A DNA stretch of 56,030 nt from a virus (lineage: Duplodnaviria > Caudoviricetes): positions 1 through 56,030 of IMG/VR virus record IMGVR_UViG_3300030380_002075. One strand, written 5' to 3'. A program made the translations under genes and the position numbers. The notes beneath the pieces are model-generated. The model was given only the letters and a program-made list of their open reading frames with translations. It searched no databases and was not told the DNA's origin. Positions 19,729 through 30,070 of this stretch are shown here, piece after piece (the stretch's first letter is position 1; each line of letters opens with the position of its first letter).

Positions 19729-21290
19729 CGACTACCGTCCGGTCGAATATCTACACGCGGAGAACCTAACCGCCACCCCGTACCTGTAGCCGTAGACTCT
19801 ACACGCAAAGCAAACGACCGACCCCGTAGACGGACATGGGCTTGATTGGTAAATAGCTCTATGGGAACTGACGCCGATTGAGTCACAGTTGAATCGTCTG
19901 TATTTGAGTAAGTCGCTCCCGGAAAGTTACGCGCTTTTAGAGTAAAGACCGCAGAAGGCGCGTCCGTGCTTGAATTACGGAAAGTAATATCCGGTATCAA
20001 ACGCCGCAAAAATACAAAATCGTTTCCATCCTGAATGTCTTGTTGACTTGATTCAATAAAGGCAGTGATGCCTGTTTGAGGTGTCGTGGACCCATCATCA
20101 AAACCATCTTCATGAAAGAACAAATGCCCTGTTGAAGACGCCGCGATAGGATTAGATCTAATTCCTCTATCAACCCATGCGGTTCTTTCTAAGTTTCCGA
20201 TATACCATATCTTTTGTTCATAGTTGTAAATGACATATCGGTCTATTTCAGTAGCGGTGCTAGACGGGTAGAACCACCATACTTCACCAAAAGAACTGTT
20301 TATAGCTGTAAAAACTTTTTCTTTTTGCAACAAGTTAAAATCACTGAACACGTAATCTAAAACGGTGCAAGGTAATTTTTGCACGGCTCCCGTGTAGATG
20401 TAGAAGTCCTGTTCTCCCATCCAAAATACAATATCGTCTACAGCGATAGCGGCGTTTGGAGCTATAATTGTTGTATTTTCAGAAAGAATACCTAGCCCAA
20501 AAGTAAAGGGTGGCCCTAAGAACTGCATTGCGTGTAAAGAAACATCGGTAAAAACTAACATCTGTTGTTTTGTTTCTACCGCCGTAACGATTTCAGAACC
20601 CGAGGATATTCGCAGATCCCCGGCAGTGTTTGTGGCAGTTGGTAACCACGTTGTAGGAGTTTCTTGATCTGAAAAACGTATTAACAAAGGATCTACTGTT
20701 CCGATACTACCAATAGCATCACACCCAAAAGCGATGACATGCCGATCTCTGTCTGAGACAAGCACCTTTTTTGCAACTTGAGGCGTCGCTGAATCTGCGC
20801 CGGCTAAAGAATGAAGTGGAATTGCCCGAGAAGAAACTCCGTCAGTCCTATCCCAATAAAAAATACCACCGTTACGAATGTTAATAATTAAGTCTTCACC
20901 AAAATTATCATGAGACCAAAGCCTTAAAACGTCGCTGGTTGCAAGTGAGGTGCTGGCAGAGCCCCATGTCCCACGACCCCACGTTCCGGCTCCCCATCCA
21001 TTTCCCGGAACAACCGTGTCTAAGCCGGGATTGACTTGAAACTCTGCAATGATTGCAGAGCCCCCACCCGCGGAAACAGTGGAACTAGCTGTAGTGCTTA
21101 CTGTAATAGTAAAACTACTGGAGGTTACGTTTGAAACTTCATGCTCTTTGTTAAGGTCAGACGCAGGAACACCACCAACCGCTGTTGCTCCAGAAAAGCT
21201 AACGTAAGCAGTATTTATCGCACCGTGATTAGCAATGTTAACCGTAACGGTGGTAGAGCCGGAGGTCGTTGCAAAACAGTTTATAGGCAT
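19725..21290 (-). CDS. Tail nozzle / stabilisation protein, C-terminal part (P22 gp10-like)
   Basis: WSHDNFGEDL, IRFSDQE..W.PT.TNTAG, EVWWFYPS, WRLG.PRVDIRPDG; own RBS AGGAG. Confidence 0.75.
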   Translation of the reverse strand: MPINCFATTSGSTTVTVNIANHGAINTAYVSFSGATAVGGVPASDLNKEHEVSNVTSSSFTITVSTTASSTVSAGGGSAIIAEFQVNPGLDTVVPGNGWGAGTWGRGTWGSASTSLATSDVLRLWSHDNFGEDLIINIRNGGIFYWDRTDGVSSRAIPLHSLAGADSATPQVAKKVLVSDRDRHVIAFGCDAIGSIGTVDPLLIRFSDQETPTTWLPTATNTAGDLRISSGSEIVTAVETKQQMLVFTDVSLHAMQFLGPPFTFGLGILSENTTIIAPNAAIAVDDIVFWMGEQDFYIYTGAVQKLPCTVLDYVFSDFNLLQKEKVFTAINSSFGEVWWFYPSSTATEIDRYVIYNYEQKIWYIGNLERTAWVDRGIRSNPIAASSTGHLFFHEDGFDDGSTTPQTGITAFIESSQQDIQDGNDFVFLRRLIPDITFRNSSTDAPSAVFTLKARNFPGATYSNTDDSTVTQSASVPIELFTNQAHVRLRGRSFALRVESTATGTGWRLGSPRVDIRPDGSR

Positions 21291-21298
21291 TTTTACTC

Positions 21299-21799
21299 CT
21301 AAACATTAACGTTTACATTACCACCGTTAACAACACTAACGGTAACAGAGCCTACGACTCCAAAGGCAAGTAAGTCTGATTCCAAAACTTCGACAGAGCC
21401 GACCTGACCTGTCGCTCTAACGCCCGTGTCTAGAGTTTCTTCTATGGAGTTAACATTTCCTACTGCACCTGTTGCAGAGACACCGTTACTGCTTAAATCA
21501 ACCGAACAAAAAATAGCTCGGACAGGATTAATGTCAGCGAAGCCTCCGCCCTCTTCAATATAGTATTTAAGGTTCGTCCCCACACCTAAAAAACTTGAAC
21601 CATCCAAAGCGACCCACGGGTGTAAAGCACGAGCCGTTCCTTCAAACTGAGAACTAGAAACTTTTGTCCAGCCGCCTATTTTTTCCGGATACCCTTGTCT
21701 AAACCGAACCTTGTCACAATCAAACCATCCACCCTCATTAGAATAAGAAGTCGTCTCTTTTACAATTCCGGGATTAAACTGTAGCTTAGTTAAAGGCAT
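21299..21799 (-). CDS. Tail nozzle N-terminal part fused to GVSATG repeats
   Basis: GWFDCDKVRFRQGYPEKIGGW N-terminus typical of this nozzle family. Confidence 0.7.
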   Translation of the reverse strand: MPLTKLQFNPGIVKETTSYSNEGGWFDCDKVRFRQGYPEKIGGWTKVSSSQFEGTARALHPWVALDGSSFLGVGTNLKYYIEEGGGFADINPVRAIFCSVDLSSNGVSATGAVGNVNSIEETLDTGVRATGQVGSVEVLESDLLAFGVVGSVTVSVVNGGNVNVNV

Positions 21800-22359
21800 C
21801 AGATTTCATCAGGCCAATCATTGATCGGCGCATTACCTGTTGAATTCCCACTGCCGTCAACAGGCACATCATACAGAGCCACAAACTTTGCATGAGTGTC
21901 GCAAGCGGTTATGGCATCTTCGATAGTTTTGCTTTTAGTGCGGACAGCCGTTCTGTAAGTCGAGACTGTAGTTGGTATGGCGGTTCCTGCCTCTGCTTTT
22001 CGCGTAACATACCAATCAGTTTTCTGTAACAAACCTCCCGCTATTTGTTTCGTTCTGGCGATAGCAACTGATTTAAGTCCAAGAATGACAACTTGGTTGC
22101 CATCTTCATCTTTTAGCTTATTACCGCTTTCATCTGTAGCATCTTCGTCGTCTATCTTTCTTTCGATTAGATTCTTTTCTTCTGAGTCCCACCCGTGATA
22201 AAACCTATTGTCCCAAGTCTTTGGGTCAGATACATAAGTTAAACCCGCGGCTTTCTTTTCTGTGTCCGTCATTCTCGCCCACAAAGAAGAGTATTGAGTG
22301 CCATCAGACCCGACCCACGACCGTCCCTCTCGTATTATTTTGTTACCTAACTTCCACAT
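21799..22359 (-). CDS. Tail fibre assembly / chaperone-like protein
   Basis: LLQKTDWYVTRK..YRTAVR..DWP pattern; follows a fibre gene. Confidence 0.6.
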   Translation of the reverse strand: MWKLGNKIIREGRSWVGSDGTQYSSLWARMTDTEKKAAGLTYVSDPKTWDNRFYHGWDSEEKNLIERKIDDEDATDESGNKLKDEDGNQVVILGLKSVAIARTKQIAGGLLQKTDWYVTRKAEAGTAIPTTVSTYRTAVRTKSKTIEDAITACDTHAKFVALYDVPVDGSGNSTGNAPINDWPDEI

Positions 22360-22368
22360 AAAACTCTC

Positions 22369-24834
22369 CTATCTTGCGTTAGAGTACTTTAGAGGTTGAT
22401 CTGCAAACGCCATATAAATATATCTTTCGCCATCGTGGTTCCAGTTACCTACGTTGCCCTTTACCTTGAATCCGTTCGATAATAAATTTGGTCCACTTGA
22501 ATTGGTAGATTGCTCAAGAGATTCATTTGCTTCCAAAACTTCATTTGCTATGTTGTCTGGACTTCTAGCGTTATCAAAAATACTCCAATCCGTTGAACTA
22601 TCGTTGCTTTTAATCATAACAAAAGCGGGTCTAAATCCCGTGAATACAAACGTGCCGTCTGTCGCACCATTACCAACATAGTGGGAAAATTTACTAAATC
22701 CATCTACGCTATGAAAAACATACGCGATGTGGTCTTTGTTGTTTGTGTTCGAGAAAGAACCAATGGTCATAACTTGGTTGGTTGGCTCTGTCGAATTGAA
22801 AGCGTCGCTATTAGAGCTTACATCGCCGTTGGTAAACTGAAGACGGTCACTAAAACCATTTGGATTACCAGCATGACCAATTATCCAATTAACACTCACA
22901 TCAATACTTTTATAGATAATCATCTCAGGCTTTTGAGAAAGCCCGTGTGCCACCGTGACGACAGAACCTGTTGCTGTCCATTTAACTATACTAAACCCAC
23001 TTTCAGTGTTTGCTGAAATCCTTGTTGCCGCAAGCGTTCCTGCAAGTGCAGAACCTAAATTTGCGCCGTCAATCTTCACACTCCCTGCCGTTGGTGTTGC
23101 CCCTACTCCTGCGGAGTTATCGGCAGTCGGTGCGCCACCTGCTTTCCACGTCCATGCGACGTAATCATTTGCGGTCGTCCCTTTATTGACTAAACCGCGA
23201 GGATTCGATCCAGAGCTTCCCCCTGCGACCGTAAAACCATCAGAGGTGAACGCGGATAACACACCGTTACTATTTCCTTCTGCGTCAGGTCTGTTAGAGC
23301 CTATAGCCGTATTGGTAGACCCTGCTGTGGCTGTTCCCCGAAGCACGTCAAACCACGCATGTGAAATATTTGTGGTTACATCTTTTATCCACACCCAATC
23401 TGGCTGAAATTCCAAACCTGTGACCGACAGTGTTCCATTGTTTGGTGTGTATAGGATTGGGTCCATATATTGATCTGGTGTTTCATCAACATTTGGATCA
23501 ATCGCAGGATTTGGAAGGTCAGCCGTAGAAAGTTTTTTAGTAAAACCGCTAGGAACTGTTCCTGAACCATCCGTGCCATTAAATGCTTTCGTACCAAAGT
23601 TAAAAGTTACAATAGAGCTAGCAGATGAATTTGTATCTGTGACAAATGGAAATAAATCACCACTGTCCAACGAAAAGTCAATGTTAATAGAGCCTTGCGA
23701 TGTCCCATTCTTAAAAAACTCGACATCTGGCGTATCCGAATCTACTGCCACTCCTATAATATTTCCGCTCGTAAAACTAGCGAATGGAGCACTTGAAGAG
23801 ACCGTTGTGTTTGTAACACTATCTCCATTAGATCGATAAGCAAATCTTCGGAATGTACTCCCATCTCGCCTCACGGCTAACCCTAATTCAGTCGAATTTG
23901 TCGTCCCTGCGGTGATCTCAAAATAATATTTACCGCTTGTTGGTATAGCAAAAGTTCCATAAGTAATCGTCTTGGCAGTGCCTGTATCAACAACTAGATT
24001 ACCATCTGACAAGGTTCCGGGTGTCGCTCCATCGGAATGTCCGATTGGATTCATCACACAAAAATTATCCGTCGGGCTGTCAGAAGTTACAGAGTCCGCA
24101 GTGAAAGCGATGGTCGAACCATCTACGAAGTTGTTTCCGTTGCCAGAAGAGTCGGCCCCAATATTTGAAGTATCTGAAAAAGTCAGGTGAAACCCGTTGT
24201 CCCCAAAATCAGATGTTGAGATTGATGTCTCTTTAGGTATCCATATATCGTTTTTAGTCTCCGCAAAAGAACTGGGCGTCAAAGCCTGTCCGTCAACTAA
24301 ATACATCTCTGCGAGATAGCCGTCAAAATCAAAGTTCTCATTGACGGAATAGTTACCAATGTGATGTACTACAGCACTGTTAAGTGCAATCCCTTCATTT
24401 ATATTGGGGCGAGTCGGTGACGGATTAAAATCGGTTATTTCTGTACCGTTGACATATAATCTAGCTCGAAGTGTATCTGTACCGTTCGCTGAATCAAACA
24501 CGAAGACAATGTGATACCAACTTCCTGTGTCTTTGAACGTCCTAGCAGTTTCCATTTCGAGAGCGTTATTGCCTCTGATTTTTATAGTGTCGTCAGATTG
24601 AAACTGTATGTAACTAGCCCCACTAGTCCCCGCTGATATAATCATCTGAGAACCGCCCAAATTTGCTCTTTTGATCCACATTGAAATCGTGAACTTTTTA
24701 TTATTGGTGGGCGTACCCAGCGTTTTTTCTAGATAGGGGTTATCATTATCGTTGAATATTAACGACTGATCTATGGAATGCGGATAAAACCCCGTCGATA
24801 CTTCGCCTGACCCTACACCTTGAATAATGCTCAT
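22369..24834 (-). CDS. Receptor-binding / fibre protein with LamG-ConA and SPRY-like domains
   Basis: FTISMWIKR, WYHIV..LYVNG, SGKYYFE, IIGVAVD..FFKNG, FQPDWVWIK, YIYMAFA. Confidence 0.8.
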   Translation of the reverse strand: MSIIQGVGSGEVSTGFYPHSIDQSLIFNDNDNPYLEKTLGTPTNNKKFTISMWIKRANLGGSQMIISAGTSGASYIQFQSDDTIKIRGNNALEMETARTFKDTGSWYHIVFVFDSANGTDTLRARLYVNGTEITDFNPSPTRPNINEGIALNSAVVHHIGNYSVNENFDFDGYLAEMYLVDGQALTPSSFAETKNDIWIPKETSISTSDFGDNGFHLTFSDTSNIGADSSGNGNNFVDGSTIAFTADSVTSDSPTDNFCVMNPIGHSDGATPGTLSDGNLVVDTGTAKTITYGTFAIPTSGKYYFEITAGTTNSTELGLAVRRDGSTFRRFAYRSNGDSVTNTTVSSSAPFASFTSGNIIGVAVDSDTPDVEFFKNGTSQGSINIDFSLDSGDLFPFVTDTNSSASSIVTFNFGTKAFNGTDGSGTVPSGFTKKLSTADLPNPAIDPNVDETPDQYMDPILYTPNNGTLSVTGLEFQPDWVWIKDVTTNISHAWFDVLRGTATAGSTNTAIGSNRPDAEGNSNGVLSAFTSDGFTVAGGSSGSNPRGLVNKGTTANDYVAWTWKAGGAPTADNSAGVGATPTAGSVKIDGANLGSALAGTLAATRISANTESGFSIVKWTATGSVVTVAHGLSQKPEMIIYKSIDVSVNWIIGHAGNPNGFSDRLQFTNGDVSSNSDAFNSTEPTNQVMTIGSFSNTNNKDHIAYVFHSVDGFSKFSHYVGNGATDGTFVFTGFRPAFVMIKSNDSSTDWSIFDNARSPDNIANEVLEANESLEQSTNSSGPNLLSNGFKVKGNVGNWNHDGERYIYMAFADQPLKYSNAR

Positions 24835-24843
24835 AGCTTATCC

Positions 24844-26052
24844 CTACGTTAATGCGCCAGAAACACCAACCAGTACAGAATTATCGCCACTAGATGCCGT
24901 GACAAAGTATGTAAGGAAGTACGTTCCCGTAACAGCTAGTGCGGCAAATCCCGTCGCGCTCATGCCCACAATGGCATTGAGGTTGACAGTATGGCCTCCA
25001 CTCTGAATAAACTTGATACAACCTGACTGCCCGACCGACACGTTTGAGAAGTTCATTGTCACAGTTCCTGCTGTTGTGGTTGTAAAATTATTTCCTACAG
25101 ACAAATCATAAACAGCATTATCAGCGGCGGTGAGGGTGCTTCCAACTGCCCGCCCTACAACTGTTACATCATCGTTTATGGTTAAAACGGTTGTACCGGT
25201 TGCGATTGAGGCAACAGTTGCATCTGCATCGTTTTTAATCGTCACATCGGTAGACGATCCCTGACCTGTCAGAATTAAGCCTTCAGAAGAAGTAAAACCA
25301 ATAGCGGCGTTATCCCCTGCTGAAGTGTCACCGTCTGGTTCAAAAGTCGAGGCAGTTGCAACACCTACGATGTCCACATTGGTGGTCCCTGTTGGGATCA
25401 CCAAAACATCTGCGTCAGCGTCGTTCTTAATCGTTACATCATTAGTAGAACCTTGACCCGTAAGGATTAGACCTTCGGTAGAAGTGAAACCAATGGCCGC
25501 ATCATCCCCTGAAGATGTATCTCCTGTAACGTTTAGTGTTCCGGAAGCAGTTATGTCAGAGCCAGTTATGTTGCCAGTGACGCTAAGTTTAGTGGCCGCT
25601 AAATCTGCGAAGACGTCTGTAACAGTCGCGCCACTGCCCGTGCCGCTAAACTTTAATAATACATCTTTACCGTTTTCAATTTGAAAATCGTTAGATGAGT
25701 TGTAGGTGCCTTGAAAAACAATGACTGCTCTGCTACCAGACAAGCTGTTTCGCATGTGAACTATTTTTTCAGCATCGTTAGGAGTTAGCTGTACAAAAGC
25801 AGTGCCACCTAAATCTCCCCCATCGTTAAATTCAATAAATTTGTTTCTACCGGTTGAAGAAGAACCATCAGTAATAGGAAGAGCCGTCGGAGAACCGGAG
25901 CTACCCGCACTAGACAAGGTAACTGTGAGAATACCGTTAACTGCTTCATCAATTATATCTAGGTTGGTGTTAGTGGTTGTTCCCCACGTTCCCGATTGTT
26001 CCCCGGTAGCAATCTTTTCAATACCGAGGTTAGTTGTATAGGTGCTAGGCAT
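24844..26052 (-). CDS. Tail fibre / baseplate-like protein with internal duplication
   Basis: ATGEQSGTWGTTTNTNL N-terminus; two copies of GDTS.GD.AAIGFTS.EGLILTGQGS..DVTIKNDADA. Confidence 0.7.
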   Translation of the reverse strand: MPSTYTTNLGIEKIATGEQSGTWGTTTNTNLDIIDEAVNGILTVTLSSAGSSGSPTALPITDGSSSTGRNKFIEFNDGGDLGGTAFVQLTPNDAEKIVHMRNSLSGSRAVIVFQGTYNSSNDFQIENGKDVLLKFSGTGSGATVTDVFADLAATKLSVTGNITGSDITASGTLNVTGDTSSGDDAAIGFTSTEGLILTGQGSTNDVTIKNDADADVLVIPTGTTNVDIVGVATASTFEPDGDTSAGDNAAIGFTSSEGLILTGQGSSTDVTIKNDADATVASIATGTTVLTINDDVTVVGRAVGSTLTAADNAVYDLSVGNNFTTTTAGTVTMNFSNVSVGQSGCIKFIQSGGHTVNLNAIVGMSATGFAALAVTGTYFLTYFVTASSGDNSVLVGVSGALT

Positions 26053-26063
26053 CGTAAAATCCT

Positions 26064-29000
26064 CTAAGCCGCTACATCATCCCAATTAGTACCGGGACTA
26101 GGTGTCTCTTCAGTATAAGTTGTTTGTTCACTAGGAACAATGTTACTCCACGTATTACCCGGAGATGGCGTAATCTGGCTATAGCTGGTACTTGCACCGC
26201 TAGATATCTCACTCCAAGATGCGTTTTGGTCAGGGATAATCTCTCCCCATAAGAAAAGTTCGCCTACAGCACCACTAGCACTTACACCAATTAAAGTGAC
26301 AGTTGATTCAGCCGTGGTGGTAACTGAACCAACTTGTCCGTTAGCGGCCACACCCGTGATAGCTACTGATTGAACTAAATCAACGGTAACAGAACCAACT
26401 TGTCCGCTAGCGGCCACGCCTGTGACAGTTGTGTTACTGTCGCCGGTAACTGTTGCGGTGCCAACGTCTCCTGTGGCCGCTACACCTGTAACATCTACTT
26501 CAAGTAAAAGCTCAACAGTAACAGAACCGAGTTGTCCTGTAGCCGCTACACCGGTAACAGAAACGTTAGCATCTGCTGTAGTGGTTATCGTGCCGACATT
26601 TCCGGATGCCGATACACCTGTGATAGAAACGTTAGAAGTACCCGTTATTGTAGGACTTCCAACTGCACCTGATGCAGACAACCCTTCTTCGGAAACATTT
26701 GCGTCAGCAGTTATTGTCACTGTGCCAACATCGCCCGATGCGCTAACGCCTGTAACAGAAATATCAATGTCTGCGATAGCGGTTGCTGTGCCTACGTTAC
26801 CTGTAGCCTTTAAACCTGTCTCTGGAACATTTGCGCCCGCAGTAACTGTCGCTGTGCCAACATTACCCGATGCGGCAACACCGGTTACATCTACTTCTGC
26901 GACACCAACAGCGGTTGCTGTTCCAACGGCTCCTGTAGCGGCAACACCGGTTACATCCACTGGTTGAATTAAATCAACTGTAACCGCGCCGGGTTGTCCT
27001 GCGGCGGCTAAACTGCCAAGAGTAAGATTAGAATCACCTGTTACAGAAAAACCGTTGCCAACTTGACCGGTAGCTTTTAAGCCTGTTTCTGTGATGCTTG
27101 AATCAATGACAACAGTAGAACCGCCGTCAACTTGACCGGTGGCTGACTGACCTGTTCCAGTAACACTAGAATTACCCGTTACTGTAAATCCAGCGCCTAC
27201 CTGTCCAGATGCGGCTAATCCAGTCTCTGTAACGTTGGAATCCGCTGTAACCGTAGTGCCGGTTCCTACTTGACCAGTAGCCGACTGACCCGTAACAGAA
27301 ACTTCTACGCTTCCAGCAAGTTCTACGATAACGGAACCTACGTCTCCTGTAGCAGATAGGCTTCCTACGGTGATTGAAATGTCAGCCTTACCTACGGCGG
27401 TTCCAACTTGTCCCGTCGCGTTTAAACCGGTAAGCGATAAGTTACTGTCTCCGGTAACAGTGACAGTGCCAATCTCCCCGGTAGCTTTTAAGCCTGTTTC
27501 TGTGACAGTGCCGGTGCCGGTTACGGTAACTGAGCCGACATCTCCTGATGCGGCAACTCCTGTACCTGTGACATTAGAGTCGGCTGTAACTGTTACCGTT
27601 CCAACATCTCCTGATGCGGCAACTCCTGTGCCTATAACATTAGAGTCGGCTGTAACTGTTACCGTTCCAACATCTCCTGATGCGGCAACTCCTGTACCTA
27701 TAACACTTGAATTACCAGAAGGAGTAACTGAACCAACCTTACCTGTGGCAGAGACGGCACTAACCGTTACATTGGCATCTGCATTGACTAAACCGGGAAA
27801 AGTTCTCAGTCCAAAAAGGTTTTCTTCATTGTCACCACTGTCGTCTTCAACAATAACTCCGACAGGAACTTCGGATACGATCCGCATACCAGCGGTCAAA
27901 TCGTAGGATTTCGCAATCGGTGTGAGGTTAGAGTCTGTTGTAGAGTTAGAAACTAATTGAAACTTAGTCGGAAAATCTGCATCTGTCGTATCTGCATCAA
28001 GTTGAACCGTGTCAATTAAGTTACCGCTTGAGTCAAAGACGTTAATATTACGACCTTTAGTCCCCGGCGCACCCATGATGGCGAGGAACTCTGCATCCTC
28101 AATTAACCTAAACTCGTGAGCAAAACATCCTTCGGCTATCCAGCTTGTCTTTTCTCCACCGTCACCATCGGCTAATGCAAAACCAGCTACATCCGCTCCA
28201 GTAACTACCCGAACGGACGGCCCTGTATAGTCTGAGGCACTACCTCCAGTGTTCTTAAATGTGCTTATTGTACTGGATGTGCCGCCTTCACCATTCGACC
28301 TAAACTCCACGTAACTAGCTGACGATCCATAGTCTTCAACTTTAACGACCGTTCCACCGCTTGAGGCAAAGCCGTAGATTTCTCGGCTTGCAGGAAATAG
28401 AGGATGTGTGTCTGCAAAACTAGCGTTACTAGATTTGAAGCCAACAATCGGCAGGTCTGAAAAGATTTGATATTCAGGGTCGCTTGTGTCGTCTGCGTAG
28501 GTTTGTGTAGTTGTGGTGTTGTCTGGGACACTGAGTGTTGTCTCTAATGACCCGTCCTTAAATATTTCAACTGTTGCGGTGCCGGATATGGATCTGAATT
28601 GTAGCCTGACACCTGTTCTGGTATTTCTAATACCAAACGAAGTACCTTGCCACGATGTAGGCACACCAGTAGTTTCGTTGTTGCTACTCTGTAGTGTGAT
28701 TGGCTTGTCAGCAGATATCAGTTTGTTTTTATAGTCTGACGCACTGACAGTAAGTGTCCCGCCAGCCGAACTGATTGTTCCAAGAGAAGACCCATCAGAA
28801 GAAACAGTGGTGCTGTCTTCAAATGCCATGACCTTGACATTTGGGTTGCCTGAGTCCGTAGGAACAAAGTACTCAGCGTTGAGAGCACCGCCTAGATCAG
28901 GGTTACCTCTAGCGTAAAGAGCTTGTGCTGTAACAGTGACATCTGCTGTAACGGTGACAGATCCAACATTACCCGACGCGGCTAAACCCGTCTCAGTAAC

Positions 29001-29330
29001 GCTAGACGCTCCCGTTATAGTAACGGCCCCAACATTACCAGATGCGGCTACACCTGTTTCAGTGGTATTTGAATCACCAGATGCCGTACCTGATCCAACA
29101 TCACCAGATGCAGAAAGACCAGTAGCGGAGACTGAAGCTCCTATTGAAACGGATACTGAACCAACTTGACCTGTTGCCGTAGCAACAGCTACATCACCTT
29201 GATTCCAGCCAAGCTCACCAAAACCCGCTCGACCCCAACCGGAAAAAGGAACGACAGCGTCAGCTTCGCCCTCTCCCCATGCAAGTTGACCCCATCCCGC
29301 ACGGCCCCAGCCGCTAGCGGGACTGGACAT
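26064..29330 (-). CDS. Long beta-repeat virion protein with an inserted globular domain
   Basis: About 22-aa VTGVxAxGxVG repeats; GWGRAGWG N-terminus; non-repeat insert at roughly aa 140-515. Confidence 0.8.
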   Translation of the reverse strand: MSSPASGWGRAGWGQLAWGEGEADAVVPFSGWGRAGFGELGWNQGDVAVATATGQVGSVSVSIGASVSATGLSASGDVGSGTASGDSNTTETGVAASGNVGAVTITGASSVTETGLAASGNVGSVTVTADVTVTAQALYARGNPDLGGALNAEYFVPTDSGNPNVKVMAFEDSTTVSSDGSSLGTISSAGGTLTVSASDYKNKLISADKPITLQSSNNETTGVPTSWQGTSFGIRNTRTGVRLQFRSISGTATVEIFKDGSLETTLSVPDNTTTTQTYADDTSDPEYQIFSDLPIVGFKSSNASFADTHPLFPASREIYGFASSGGTVVKVEDYGSSASYVEFRSNGEGGTSSTISTFKNTGGSASDYTGPSVRVVTGADVAGFALADGDGGEKTSWIAEGCFAHEFRLIEDAEFLAIMGAPGTKGRNINVFDSSGNLIDTVQLDADTTDADFPTKFQLVSNSTTDSNLTPIAKSYDLTAGMRIVSEVPVGVIVEDDSGDNEENLFGLRTFPGLVNADANVTVSAVSATGKVGSVTPSGNSSVIGTGVAASGDVGTVTVTADSNVIGTGVAASGDVGTVTVTADSNVTGTGVAASGDVGSVTVTGTGTVTETGLKATGEIGTVTVTGDSNLSLTGLNATGQVGTAVGKADISITVGSLSATGDVGSVIVELAGSVEVSVTGQSATGQVGTGTTVTADSNVTETGLAASGQVGAGFTVTGNSSVTGTGQSATGQVDGGSTVVIDSSITETGLKATGQVGNGFSVTGDSNLTLGSLAAAGQPGAVTVDLIQPVDVTGVAATGAVGTATAVGVAEVDVTGVAASGNVGTATVTAGANVPETGLKATGNVGTATAIADIDISVTGVSASGDVGTVTITADANVSEEGLSASGAVGSPTITGTSNVSITGVSASGNVGTITTTADANVSVTGVAATGQLGSVTVELLLEVDVTGVAATGDVGTATVTGDSNTTVTGVAASGQVGSVTVDLVQSVAITGVAANGQVGSVTTTAESTVTLIGVSASGAVGELFLWGEIIPDQNASWSEISSGASTSYSQITPSPGNTWSNIVPSEQTTYTEETPSPGTNWDDVAA
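27538..27705. repeat. 66-bp coding tandem repeat, about 2.5 copies
   Basis: ACATCTCCTGATGCGGCAACTCCTGT starts at 27538, 27604 and 27670. Confidence 0.9.
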
Positions 29331-29776
29331 TACTCGACCCTAATAATCGCGTTCGATGAAGTAGGACTAGACCCGCCCGGAAAGACGATTGTAAATGTAC
29401 CTGCTGTTGACGTCTTATCCGCAGTGAAATCTAAAACAACAACTGCCGGATCTCCGGTCGCGCTGTCATTATAAATCAAAGCACCTCTAGCAGTGATCGT
29501 TGCCGTAGTAAAAGACAAATCAGCGAAGTCAGTGAAAGCTTTAGTTGACGATGTTGTAACACCAGAATTCGTTAAAGCACCTCCGCCCGCGGCATACGAC
29601 CCTGAATTACTAACCTCGTTTGAAGTTGTGTAACCAGTAGTTGCCGCCGTAAAACTAGCACTATTGCTGTACAGAGCTAATTTAAAAGTATTACCGCCGC
29701 TAGACTTAAAATTGTGAGTGCCCTCCATAAGCTCGCCTTTAAACGAGGTACACATGAAGTTTCCGCTAAATGCCAT
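29330..29776 (-). CDS. Conserved virion structural protein
   Basis: CTSFK.EL..G.HNF..FKLALY, TARGALIYN, VLDF..DKTST.GTFTI.FP. Confidence 0.75.
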   Translation of the reverse strand: MAFSGNFMCTSFKGELMEGTHNFKSSGGNTFKLALYSNSASFTAATTGYTTSNEVSNSGSYAAGGGALTNSGVTTSSTKAFTDFADLSFTTATITARGALIYNDSATGDPAVVVLDFTADKTSTAGTFTIVFPGGSSPTSSNAIIRVE

Positions 29777-29777
29777 A

Positions 29778-30068
29778 TCATAATCTCCTCAGTTGATCGG
29801 CAAGTTCATGTTGACCTGCCTTACGGAGGTCTGCACACAGTGTAGCACGATCCTGCTCAATTCCCATTTTAATGTAATGAGTAACAACTGCAAGCATTTG
29901 ATCCTTAAAGGCTCTTGCCTGTGCCTGAAGAAGTGGATGAGCATTATCTCCAACATTGATTAACTTATTAACACAAAAGTCTGCAACTTGTTCCGGAGAA
30001 TGCCCACCATTACTGCTCGTCACAATTGTTGGTGGTTCCACAGAACCGATAGTTTTTAAATTAAGCAT
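29778..30068 (-). CDS. Conserved hypothetical protein
   Basis: GHSPEQVA..QARAFK pattern; operon context. Confidence 0.7.
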   Translation of the reverse strand: MLNLKTIGSVEPPTIVTSSNGGHSPEQVADFCVNKLINVGDNAHPLLQAQARAFKDQMLAVVTHYIKMGIEQDRATLCADLRKAGQHELADQLRRL

Positions 30069-30070
30069 AG

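Noticed and set aside
26422-29474. Plus-strand ORFs antisense to the repeat protein, and similar shadow ORFs elsewhere
   Set aside because: Mirror frames of stop-poor Gly/Thr/Val/Ala-rich genes
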